DNA from: Pseudoalteromonas tetraodonis
GTDB lineage: Bacteria; Pseudomonadota; Gammaproteobacteria; Enterobacterales; Alteromonadaceae
Direction of reading: 5' to 3'
Length of the DNA stretch: 32,000 nt
NCBI RefSeq assembly: GCF_002310835.1
Contig: NZ_CP011042.1
Span: forward strand, 210,001 to 242,000
The translations under genes and the position numbers were made by a program. Under the pieces are notes generated by a model. It was given only the letters and a program-made list of their open reading frames with translations. It was not told the DNA's origin and searched no databases. Shown here one piece after another: positions 15,932 to 24,833 of this stretch; the first letter of the stretch is position 1; the number at the start of each line of letters is the position of its first letter.

Positions 15932-16651
15932 ATGAATACGTTATACATTACAGGAGCTGGTGTGAGTGCTGCTAGTGGTATTCCAACTTTTCGTGGTGAG
16001 GATGGCTTTTGGACTATTGGTAGTAAAAACTATACGCCAATGGAAATGGCGACACGTGCAATGTATGAAAATAACCCGAGTGAGTTTTTAGCTTGGTATT
16101 ATCATCGTTTTGCAACTTATCGTAATCATGGTCCTAATGAAGTGCATCATTGGCTTAGTGATAAAAACTTAATTACCCAAAATATTGATGGGCTAGATGG
16201 TAAGGCGGGTAATAAAAATTACATTGCGATTCATGGTCGGCTTGATCAAATGACGCTGTTTCATCATCAGGGCGATGATGTCACACCAGAAGCTACGCTA
16301 TGGAGTAATGTTGATGAGAGCAACTTACATCGCTCTCTACTTGCGTTATTCAATATTGAAAACCATCAGCCAAAGCTTAATCATTCTTTAAAGCCCTTTG
16401 TGTTGTTATTTGATGAATATTACACCGAGCTATACCGCATTACTGAAGCGCAATCGCGAATGATTGCGGCCGATAAAATGGTGTTTATGGGTACTTCGTT
16501 CAGCGTTAATATTACTCAAATGGCGCTCGAGATTGCGCGAAGTTACAGTATTCCTATTGAAATTGTTGACCCCGACCCTGCTCATGTATTGCACTCAAAT
16601 GTAAGCTATAAAAAAATGACTGCGTTGGAGTACATACAGCAACAAGGTTAA
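15932..16651 (+). CDS. SIR2/sirtuin-family NAD+-dependent enzyme lacking the Zn-ribbon cysteines
   Basis: GAGVSAASGIPTFRG Rossmann/NAD motif, QNIDGL, and catalytic His in IAIHG (codon 16232-16234). There is no Cys anywhere in the segment where sirtuins carry CxxC...CxxC. ATG 15932 with ACAGGA upstream is preferred over the track's TTG 15908. Confidence 0.9.
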   Translation: MNTLYITGAGVSAASGIPTFRGEDGFWTIGSKNYTPMEMATRAMYENNPSEFLAWYYHRFATYRNHGPNEVHHWLSDKNLITQNIDGLDGKAGNKNYIAIHGRLDQMTLFHHQGDDVTPEATLWSNVDESNLHRSLLALFNIENHQPKLNHSLKPFVLLFDEYYTELYRITEAQSRMIAADKMVFMGTSFSVNITQMALEIARSYSIPIEIVDPDPAHVLHSNVSYKKMTALEYIQQQG

Positions 16652-16806
16652 CTAGGTAAATAGGTTTTGTATTGCTGCTGGTATACATAACCTATTATGC
16701 GTTATTAATAATCAGTACAGCTTAGGCTATGTTATTGTTAGCCTTTAATTCACACTATGTACCGGTTATTTTAAGTACTAAAATACATTATAAGTAGACG
16801 ACAGCA

Positions 16807-17622
16807 ATGTTAAGTATTTCTCTTGGGCCTTTGGTTATTTCCATTTCACAGTTGATCATTTTTTTAGGGTTAGGCATTTTTTGGGGGCTTACCTATTTAT
16901 TAACACGCCAACATCCATTACAAAAAGCGATTTTAGACACTGTTTTTAAAGCAATTGTGGTGGGCTTTTTAGTCTCGCGGTTAGCGTTTGTGTTTACTAT
17001 GTGGGATGCCTATCAAGGTAACTGGTGGCAGCTTTTTAATATTAGCGATGGCGGCTTTATTGGTTATTATGGTTGGCTCAGCGGTATAGTGGTTTTAGCG
17101 TTTTATGCACGTGGTAAAAAAGCGGTAATGAAAAACTACGCTATTGCTGGGTTTGTTGGTTTTTGTTCAATGATTATTCCTAATTTTGCGCTGTCTATCT
17201 ACCAAACGGGTGTGCAGTTACCGCAGTCTGTTGTGCAAAATATTCAAGGGCAGCAAGTTAACTTACAAAACTTCAAAGGTAAGCCGGTGGTGATTAACTT
17301 TTGGGCGTCGTGGTGTCCGCCGTGTCGAAAAGAAATGCCGGTACTGCAAGCGGCTCAAAAAAATAATCCAAATATTACGGTGGCATTTGTCAATCAAGGT
17401 GAAGACTTACACACGGTAAAAGCGTTCCTTGATAAACAGCAACTCGACCTAAATCATGTGTTTTTTGATCAAAGTAGTAATGTGAGTCGCGAATCAGGTG
17501 CTGCGGGCATACCAACTACTTTGTTTTATAATAGCCAAGGTGAGTTAGTTACCAGTCATATGGGAGAGCTTTCTCATGCGAGTTTAGGCTATTATATTCA
17601 AGCTATTAGTGATAATAAATAA
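16807..17622 (+). CDS. Membrane-anchored TlpA/ResA-like thiol:disulfide oxidoreductase (thioredoxin fold, WCPPC)
   Basis: N-terminal half has about 4 hydrophobic helices. C-terminal thioredoxin domain has NFWASWCPPCRKEMP. Confidence 0.8.
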   Translation: MLSISLGPLVISISQLIIFLGLGIFWGLTYLLTRQHPLQKAILDTVFKAIVVGFLVSRLAFVFTMWDAYQGNWWQLFNISDGGFIGYYGWLSGIVVLAFYARGKKAVMKNYAIAGFVGFCSMIIPNFALSIYQTGVQLPQSVVQNIQGQQVNLQNFKGKPVVINFWASWCPPCRKEMPVLQAAQKNNPNITVAFVNQGEDLHTVKAFLDKQQLDLNHVFFDQSSNVSRESGAAGIPTTLFYNSQGELVTSHMGELSHASLGYYIQAISDNK

Positions 17623-17878
17623 CGGTGTATTGCTGTTTAATTGCGTCATTCCTTTTTATGCCCTTTTAAAAAGCAGCTAAATAGCAATTTTGCTGCTTAA
17701 CTTCCTACCTTTATTTGAATTGACTGTTTTTTGATAGTTTATTCAGTTACTTATCAGTTTGCATTAACAAACTATTAAGCTTGGTTATGTAAAATACAGC
17801 TACTTTTTTCGTACCATCTTTAGCTAGTACGATCATCTTTAAGTATTAACTGTATTTTAAAATGGAACTGTTAAAACT

Positions 17879-20806
17879 ATGACCGCTCATCGGATAACCC
17901 ACGCTGTACATCACTCTCTTCCACTTTTTATTAAATCAACGCTGTGCATCTCTATTTTATCTGTGATTAATCATGCATATGCTGATGAAGCAGAAGATAA
18001 AACATTAAAAAGCAAAGATATGGAAGTCATTGAGGTGCGTGGTATTCGTTCCAGTATGGCGGCTAATTTAGATATAAAGCGTTTATCGAGCTCTGTGGTT
18101 GATGCCATAACAGCAGAAGATATTGGTAAGTTCCCTGATAAAAATGTCGCAGATTCATTACAACGCGTACCAGGGGTAGTGATTGACCGTGACGGAGGCG
18201 AGGGCTCATCGGTAAGTATTAGGGGGTTATCATCTGAGCTAACCTTTTCTCAGCTAAATGGTAATTTTATTGCGTCATCACCAGGTGAGCCATCTCGTTC
18301 GTTTGATTATGCATTACTGCCCTCAGCCATGATTGAAAGCGTGGAAGTGTATAAATCACCAGAGGCACGTTTAGATGAAGGTGGCGTGGGCGGCACGGTA
18401 TTAATGCATAGTCGTAAGCCGCTAAGTATGGATGCAAACTCAGGGGTGATTAATATTGAAAGCACTTATGCCGATGTGACTGAAGAGTCTGAGCCCCAAG
18501 TAACCGCACTTTATTCTTGGAAGAATGAGGCTGATACTTTTGGTGTGTTGTTTGGTTACACCTCACAAAAACGCACTAACCGAACTCTCTCAGGAGGCAC
18601 AGATGCAAACGTATGGCGCTTTGCCGGTGATAACCCGATAGATACCAATGGCGAGCTGGTTGATAATAATAATCAGTGGGGCTCAATAAGTGATGCTCAG
18701 GGTAATAGTTATGACGATGTTTGGTTTCCTCAAGTGGTTCGTGGCTCAATTGTAAACGAATTACGTGAGCGAGAAGGGGTGCAATTTAGCACGCAGTGGC
18801 GCCCAACCAGCCGTGTTAAAATTGGCTTTAACTATTTTGGATTTTCACTTGATAAAAATAGAACTGAGTCGGTGATTGATATACCTGAATGGTCTTTAAA
18901 TCCTGACTTTTTAACCGATGTAAGTTTGGATGAGTCGGGCACTATTATCAATGGGATGCAATTTGATGCAGCTGCGAGTGGCGCAGAGAATGATATGCAA
19001 CTGCCGTGGATGCGAGGCTCTTATGTGCGTGAAGAGTCGACCTCAGACACTTTTGATTTTAATTTAACCTATGAAGGCGATTATTTTAAAGCCCGTTTTG
19101 TGGCGGGCAATACGCGCTCTGAAGGCGGGCCAAAGGAGAGTTGGGAAGCGGCGTATAAAAGTTCAAACGCCGGTGAAAATGAAAGCCGTATAGAAAATGC
19201 ATCGCAAACAGCGGGTTGGCAAATTAATGAAAACGATATTAGTTTAAATATAGACCCTAATACGCTAGCTAACTTACTAAATGGTGTGGGCGGTGGGCGC
19301 GATCCAGGCTCGTCAAATTCAAGCTTTGTACGCAGTGAACTCGAAGAAGATTACTATCAAGCTGACTTTGATATTTATACCGATTGGGGAATTTTAAGAA
19401 CAATTAAAACAGGGGTTAAGTACCGAGAAGCTACGCTGCATCGCGAAACCGGTAATACCTTCTTTTTAGATCCTAATTTTGATATTGCTGCAGCAGAAGC
19501 CAGCGAGTGAGGGATCACACGTTTTGACAGTTATCAGTGGAACAACGGTATGCCACTAGCACAAGACGTGTTTATTAACGAAGGTAACATTGCGGGTGGT
19601 TTTAATATTAACCAAATGCCCGGTATTGATTGGCAAAAATACCGCGATATTGTGACCAGTCATTATGTGCCGTATACACGCAAAGAAGATAACTTTATTT
19701 ATGATATTGAAGAGCAAATAGCGGCGTTTTATCTGCAAGGTGATTTTGAGTTTAATAGCGTGCGAGGTAATTTAGGGGTGCGGGTGGTACGCACTAAAAC
19801 CATGACATCATCAACCGACCTATATACTTATTTATTAGATCATACCAATGATGACAGCGGCGAGCCGGTAACCGGAGATGATCGATTTGTTGAAGACTAT
19901 CAACTTATTACTCAAGAGAGTACCGATACTCAAATTCTTCCTAGCTTTAATATTGCATGGGATATAAGTGATGATGTAGTGGTACGAGGCGCGGTTGCTA
20001 AAGTGATGTCACGACCTGATTATGCCGATTTAGGCGCACAACAACGCATTACGTTTGTCTCAGATGAGTGGGCAGACGATAGAGCTGAGTTTAATGAAAT
20101 TCCGGGTTTTAGTGGCAGTGGCGGTAATAAAAACTTAAAGCCATTTGAGTCGGTGCAAGCTGATTTATCTATTGAATATTATTACAGCGAAGGCTCTGCC
20201 ATTGGTTTAGCACTGTTTCATAAAACAGTTGATAATTTTGTTGTTCCCTTAGTTATTGACGTACAGCAAGATTTTGCTGGTAAAGAGGGCATAGTTGAGG
20301 CAGGAAATATTACTGTATCGCCATATAGCACAGTAGGTAATGGCACTGATGCCGTATCTAAAGGGGCGGAAGTATTTATACAGCATGCCTTTGATAGTGG
20401 TTTTGGTTTTTATGCAAACTACACTTATAACAAAACCAATAAAGCCGATGTAAGTGTAAATGGTGAAGAATTTGGCCAATCACCATTAATAGGCAGTGCT
20501 AAGTATCAATACAATACCTCGATATATTATGAGGGAGATGCCTTTAATGTTCGTGCTTCTTATAATAAACGCGGTGAAACCGTGTTGGGTTTAAACAGCG
20601 GCTTAAATGTATACCAAGACCCATACGAGCAAGTTGATGTAAATGCTTCGATTAATTTATTAGAGGATTTGAGTTTGACCGCTGCAGTTATTAATTTGAC
20701 TAAATCTGAGTCGGTAAAGCGCCTAGGTAATGATACAGAGTCTCGGTTATTAAACTCAAGCTATTCGGGAAGACGTTATTATGCGGGCATAAACTACCGT
20801 TTTTAA
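17879..20806 (+). pseudogene. TonB-dependent outer-membrane receptor interrupted by a single in-frame TGA (19508-19510)
   Basis: The track ORFs 17879-19510 (signal peptide plus plug: DAITAEDIGKFPDKNVADSLQRVPGV) and 19550-20806 (barrel ending ...YYAGINYRF) are in the same frame. Codons 19511-19549 contain no further stop. Confidence 0.8.
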
Positions 20807-20926
20807 GCTGAGTGTGTTGAGTTTGGGTAAACAAGCTGCTTTGTTGCTGTTTTAGCTTTTTCTTGTAAGTTATTACTTTATAATGAGCGTTATAAAAATT
20901 ATAGAATTAATAATAACAGGATTGAA

Positions 20927-21180
20927 ATGAGTGATTTAACGGCAATAGCCAACTTATCTATTTTATTAGTTGAGCCTTCTGAAGTTCAGTAAAAGCTAAT
21001 AAAAAATCACTGGCTCAGTGCGGTGTTACACAAATTGAAACGGCCAGCACTCAAGAAAACGCGCTGGCTGCTTTATCAAATTATCACCCTGATTTAGTCA
21101 TTAGCAGCCTGTATTTAAGTGATGGCACAGCTGATTCTTTATTACAGGCAATACGCAGTAATAGTAATACCGAGCAACAA
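20927..21180 (+). pseudogene. Decayed N-terminal receiver domain of a formerly tandem-REC response regulator
   Basis: ATG 20927 (ACAGGA upstream) encodes MSDLTAIANLSILLVEPSEVQ, then TAA at 20990-20992. The frame of the downstream REC gene is open from 20983. It reads ..LAQCGVTQIETASTQENALAALSNYHPDLVISSLYLSDG.., which is REC-like, but has no start codon before GTG 21181. Confidence 0.45.
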
Positions 21181-21573
21181 GTGGAACTAGAGCACTTTGA
21201 TGTGACGCTTCTTAGAGTGCTTGTGGTTGATGACAGCCGTTTTGCGCGAAAACATATAATACGTGTCTTGGCGGGGATGGGAATTCTAGCACCGGTAGAG
21301 GCCGAAGACGCTAAACAAGCGATTGAAATGCTAAACAGCCAATCATTTGATTTAATTGTTACAGACTACAATATGCCAGAAATGGATGGTAAAAAATTAG
21401 CTGAAACGGTAAGGCAATCGAATGCGTACTCGCATATTCCAATTCTGATGGTGAGCTCACAAGCTAACGATACCCATTTAGCTAATATTGCTCAAGCGGG
21501 TGTGGATACAATATGTGAAAAACCGTTTGAGCCTGCTACGGTGCGCGATTTACTCTTTAAAATCATGAGCTAA
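21181..21573 (+). CDS. CheY-like single receiver-domain response regulator
   Basis: VLVVDDSR, phospho-acceptor context DLIVTDYNMPEMDG, and conserved Lys in CEKPF. The GTG start is as in the track. Confidence 0.8.
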   Translation: MELEHFDVTLLRVLVVDDSRFARKHIIRVLAGMGILAPVEAEDAKQAIEMLNSQSFDLIVTDYNMPEMDGKKLAETVRQSNAYSHIPILMVSSQANDTHLANIAQAGVDTICEKPFEPATVRDLLFKIMS

Positions 21574-21584
21574 AACATAACTAT

Positions 21585-21612
21585 AAAAGCACTTTTTAAC
21601 TAAAGTGCTTTT
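21585..21612. terminator. Bidirectional rho-independent terminator between the convergent REC and GGDEF-EAL genes
   Basis: 11-bp perfect stem AAAAGCACTTT / AAAGTGCTTTT with loop TTAACT and T-runs on both strands. The right arm overlaps the last codons of the minus-strand gene. Confidence 0.7.
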
Positions 21613-23687
21613 AAGTAACGCAATGAAAAATTGAGCAGCTTGGCGGCCGGCAAGGGCTTACTTAAATAAAATCCCTGAGCAATATCGCAGTTTAGCTCGT
21701 TGAGTAAATCTAGCTGCTCTTTGGTTTCTACCCCTTCAGCTACTACTTTTATTTCTAGGCTGTGTGACATAGCTATGGCCGCTTTCACTAAATTACAGTC
21801 TGCCTTGTTATCTGTTATACCAGTAATAAAGCTGCGGTCAATTTTTAGCACATCAAAAGGGTATTCTCGTAAGTAACTTAATGATGAATACCCTGTGCCA
21901 AAGTCGTCCATTGACAGCTTTATGCCCAGCTCATCAATTTGCAATAAGGCATCATGAATTGACGCTTGGCTATTCATCAGCACCCCTTCGGTAATTTCCA
22001 GCTCTAAACATTCATTATTAATACTATTTTTATGCAGAGTGTGTTTAATTATATTGACCAGTTCCGGATCTCTGAATTGGCGCGGTGATAAATTAATCGC
22101 CATGGTATAGTTTTGCTTGTTAATTGATTGCCATTCATTTAAAAAGCGTAAGGCTTGTTGAAGAACAAATACACCAATAGGCGCAATTAAGCCGGTTTGC
22201 TCTGCAATTGGGATAAACTCATCTGGGGTGATTTCCCCTAACACTATATTATGCCAACGAAGCAAAGCTTCAGCGCCAACGATAGTGTTTGTTTTTACAT
22301 CTATTTGTGGTTGGTAATAAAGCTCAAATTCATTACGCTCTAGTGCACCATGCATTTGCTCTTCTATTTCAAAGCGGCGGCGCATGGCGACGTTCATTTG
22401 TGGGGTGAAAAAAGAGAACGTGTTTCGCCCCATGGTTTTTGCTTGGTACATAGCGGTGTCGGCATTTCGTAACAACACCGAGGCGCAGGTGCCATCCTTA
22501 GGGGAAATAGCAATACCAATACTTAATGTCAGTATTAAGTCTCTGCCTACAAGTTTAAATGGTTTCTTAAATGCTTGAAGTAACCGCTCAGCAATCGCTA
22601 AAGCATCGCTTTCATCATTTAAATTGGATATTAAAACAATAAACTCATCGCCGCCCAATCGGCCTATTGTGTCATTTTTTTTAAGTGTTTGCTGTAATCT
22701 TGCTGCTGCCGCAATTAATAATTTATCCCCCACTTCATGGCCTAAAGAGTCATTTACTTTTTTAAAGTCATCAAGATCTAAAAAGAACACGGCGGCTTTT
22801 TCGTGGCTCTTTTGTGCTTCCAGTAATATTTGTGATAAGCGGTCTAGAGATAAAAAGCGATTAGGCAAATCGGTTAAACTATCAAAGTGGGCCTGATGGC
22901 GAATTAGTTCAGCGGAGCGGTGTAGTTCGCTAATATCACGAATAATCACCATAATTTGGTTTGTTTTGGGCAATAAACGCAATCTCGCTTCGAAATAAAT
23001 TACGCCTTCAGGCATGCTTAATTCGTATTCAAAACTGACCATACTGTCTTGTGCTATCGTTTTTTCTATATGAACCTGAAACTTTTGCGCTATTTTTTCA
23101 GGTAATACATCCACCATTTTTTTACCAATAAACTGGTTAGGTGAAATATATAAATCGTTTTTATTGTTTGCATGGTAGTCAGTAATAGTGCCATTTTGCT
23201 CTAGTACAAAAAATAAATCAGGAATTGCCTCAAATAAAGTTTTGAGCATGGTGGCATTAAATACGGCTTCTGCTTGTGCTTTGTGAACCTCAGACAGATC
23301 AATATCAATACAGTACATTTGTTTGGTATTGTACTGATTGGTAAACATAACATGGCTTGAAAATACGGCTACATCATTGCCATTTTTATGTCTGAGTATG
23401 AGTTCTGATGCGGGAATTTCAATATCATACTTAATCCAATTACTATGCGCTTTAATAGCGGGCTCTCGCATTGGTGCGGGTATAATTAAATTTTCGAGTT
23501 TTTTGCCAATGGCTTCTTGGTGTGTATACCCATAAAGCAATTCACTGCCTTTGTTCCAATAAATAACACGTCTTTGCTCATCGTAACCTTGTACTGAGAT
23601 AGAATCGACAGCATCAAAAAGCTGGTGCAACGGGTCATTTGTAACATATTGATGAGTCGGTATATTATTAGTTTTATTGGGAGCCAT
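21600..23687 (-). CDS. PAS-PAS-GGDEF-EAL signalling protein (c-di-GMP cyclase/phosphodiesterase)
   Basis: 695 aa. Two PAS-like N-terminal segments, an intact RLGGDEF motif, and EAL domain motifs EALLRW, DDFGTGYSSL and EGVET. Confidence 0.95.
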   Translation of the reverse strand: MAPNKTNNIPTHQYVTNDPLHQLFDAVDSISVQGYDEQRRVIYWNKGSELLYGYTHQEAIGKKLENLIIPAPMREPAIKAHSNWIKYDIEIPASELILRHKNGNDVAVFSSHVMFTNQYNTKQMYCIDIDLSEVHKAQAEAVFNATMLKTLFEAIPDLFFVLEQNGTITDYHANNKNDLYISPNQFIGKKMVDVLPEKIAQKFQVHIEKTIAQDSMVSFEYELSMPEGVIYFEARLRLLPKTNQIMVIIRDISELHRSAELIRHQAHFDSLTDLPNRFLSLDRLSQILLEAQKSHEKAAVFFLDLDDFKKVNDSLGHEVGDKLLIAAAARLQQTLKKNDTIGRLGGDEFIVLISNLNDESDALAIAERLLQAFKKPFKLVGRDLILTLSIGIAISPKDGTCASVLLRNADTAMYQAKTMGRNTFSFFTPQMNVAMRRRFEIEEQMHGALERNEFELYYQPQIDVKTNTIVGAEALLRWHNIVLGEITPDEFIPIAEQTGLIAPIGVFVLQQALRFLNEWQSINKQNYTMAINLSPRQFRDPELVNIIKHTLHKNSINNECLELEITEGVLMNSQASIHDALLQIDELGIKLSMDDFGTGYSSLSYLREYPFDVLKIDRSFITGITDNKADCNLVKAAIAMSHSLEIKVVAEGVETKEQLDLLNELNCDIAQGFYLSKPLPAAKLLNFSLRYLKAL

Positions 23688-23833
23688 TAAATGGGTTCCA
23701 GTTATTAAATTACTTTATTTATATAATAGACATAAAATTGTGATTTAGCATGGTAAGCGGCGTTTCAATAAGTGATTTTTTATTGATTGAATAGATAGTG
23801 ATTTGAATAAAACACAGGTAAGCACTTTTATAG

Positions 23834-23859
23834 TAAAGGCCAATAAACATTGGCCTTTA
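23834..23859 (-). terminator. Hairpin downstream of the SDR gene (TAAAGGCCAAT-AAAC-ATTGGCCTTTA)
   Basis: Perfect 11-bp stem read from the sequence, 11 nt past the stop. The U-tract on the minus strand is poor. Confidence 0.5.
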
Positions 23860-23869
23860 CATTTTATTA

Positions 23870-24550
23870 TTAGTTGGTGGGCATTAAATAGATTTCGCGC
23901 ACGCTATTACGCTGATTAGCTTCAATGGCAAACAAAACGGCATCGGCCACGTCTTGAGGGTCGAGCTTATCTGGTTTTGCTTCATCAAAAAATGGTGTAT
24001 TCACCATGCCTGGGGCTATGGTTGTACATCGGCCATGCCAAGGTTTCATTTCTTCTGCAAGGTTTTGACCAAAGCCATGGGCAAACCATTTAGTCGCACC
24101 ATAAATAGAGCCGTCAATGGGTCTTCGCCCTGCTGCAGAGCTGGTTAAAATAAAATGTCCTTGGTTTTCACGTAAATGAGGCAAAGTGAGTTTAGCAGTC
24201 CAAAGCAATGCTTTAATATTAAGGTCAACCATGGCTGACCACTCATTGGGGTCGCCATTCTCGGTTCCAGGTGATGATACACCCATGCCTGCGTTAGCGA
24301 ATGCTACGTCTAATCGGCCAAATTTTTCAACGCCTTTACTCACTACATTCTCAAGCTCATTAAATGCAGTGGCATCGGCTGAAACGCTAAATGCATTTTC
24401 ATGGCCTAACTCGTCAACTAGTTTATTGAGTTTATCTTCGCTGCGCGCGGTTAAGATCACTTTGTGGCCATTATTAACTAATGTTTTGGCGGTTGCTTTA
24501 CCTATACCACTCGAAGCACCTGTAATGAGGACTATTTTTTCTTTCGCCAT
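23870..24550 (-). CDS. Short-chain dehydrogenase/reductase (SDR) family oxidoreductase
   Basis: TGASSGIGKATA cofactor motif, NAG, and catalytic YGATK. Confidence 0.9.
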   Translation of the reverse strand: MAKEKIVLITGASSGIGKATAKTLVNNGHKVILTARSEDKLNKLVDELGHENAFSVSADATAFNELENVVSKGVEKFGRLDVAFANAGMGVSSPGTENGDPNEWSAMVDLNIKALLWTAKLTLPHLRENQGHFILTSSAAGRRPIDGSIYGATKWFAHGFGQNLAEEMKPWHGRCTTIAPGMVNTPFFDEAKPDKLDPQDVADAVLFAIEANQRNSVREIYLMPTN

Positions 24551-24833
24551 GATTGTTTCTCCTATGTTTACATATTCAAAATGAGGACAGTATTTATAGT
24601 AACTTTTATACTAACACTAACAGTGTGCGATTAACCCAAATTGAATAGATACATCAGAGAAACCTAACCTTTATTTAATGCTTTAATTTAATATAAAAAC
24701 AATAGGTATAACTGATTTATAGCTATATACTCGCGCCGTTTTTAGTCATTAAGGTTAATTTGTGGGGTTAGCGTATTTAGCTTTGCTCCTTGTTAAATAG
24801 TGCTGAGTGTCAGCCCATTTTTTTGGAATATGT

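Noticed and set aside
16652-16806. Weak inverted repeats after the SIR2 gene (AGGCTA 16724-16729 / TAGCCT 16739-16744, and AATAGGTT/AACCTATT nearer the stop), considered as the island's terminator or an att site.
   Set aside because: The stems are short (6-8 bp), the loops are large or the T-tracts absent, and no matching repeat was found at the left border (730-931). This is not strong enough to annotate.
19508-19510. In-frame TGA in the TonB-dependent receptor as a selenocysteine codon.
   Set aside because: I could see no obvious SECIS-like stem-loop immediately downstream, and outer-membrane receptors are not known selenoproteins. A nonsense mutation or sequencing error is the simpler explanation.
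23740-23804. Three GTGATTT repeats (23740-23746, 23772-23778, 23798-23804) upstream of the PAS-GGDEF-EAL gene, considered as regulator binding sites.
   Set aside because: This is a 7-mer of low complexity in very AT-rich intergenic DNA, with irregular spacing (32 and 26 bp). It is likely chance and there is no supporting symmetry.
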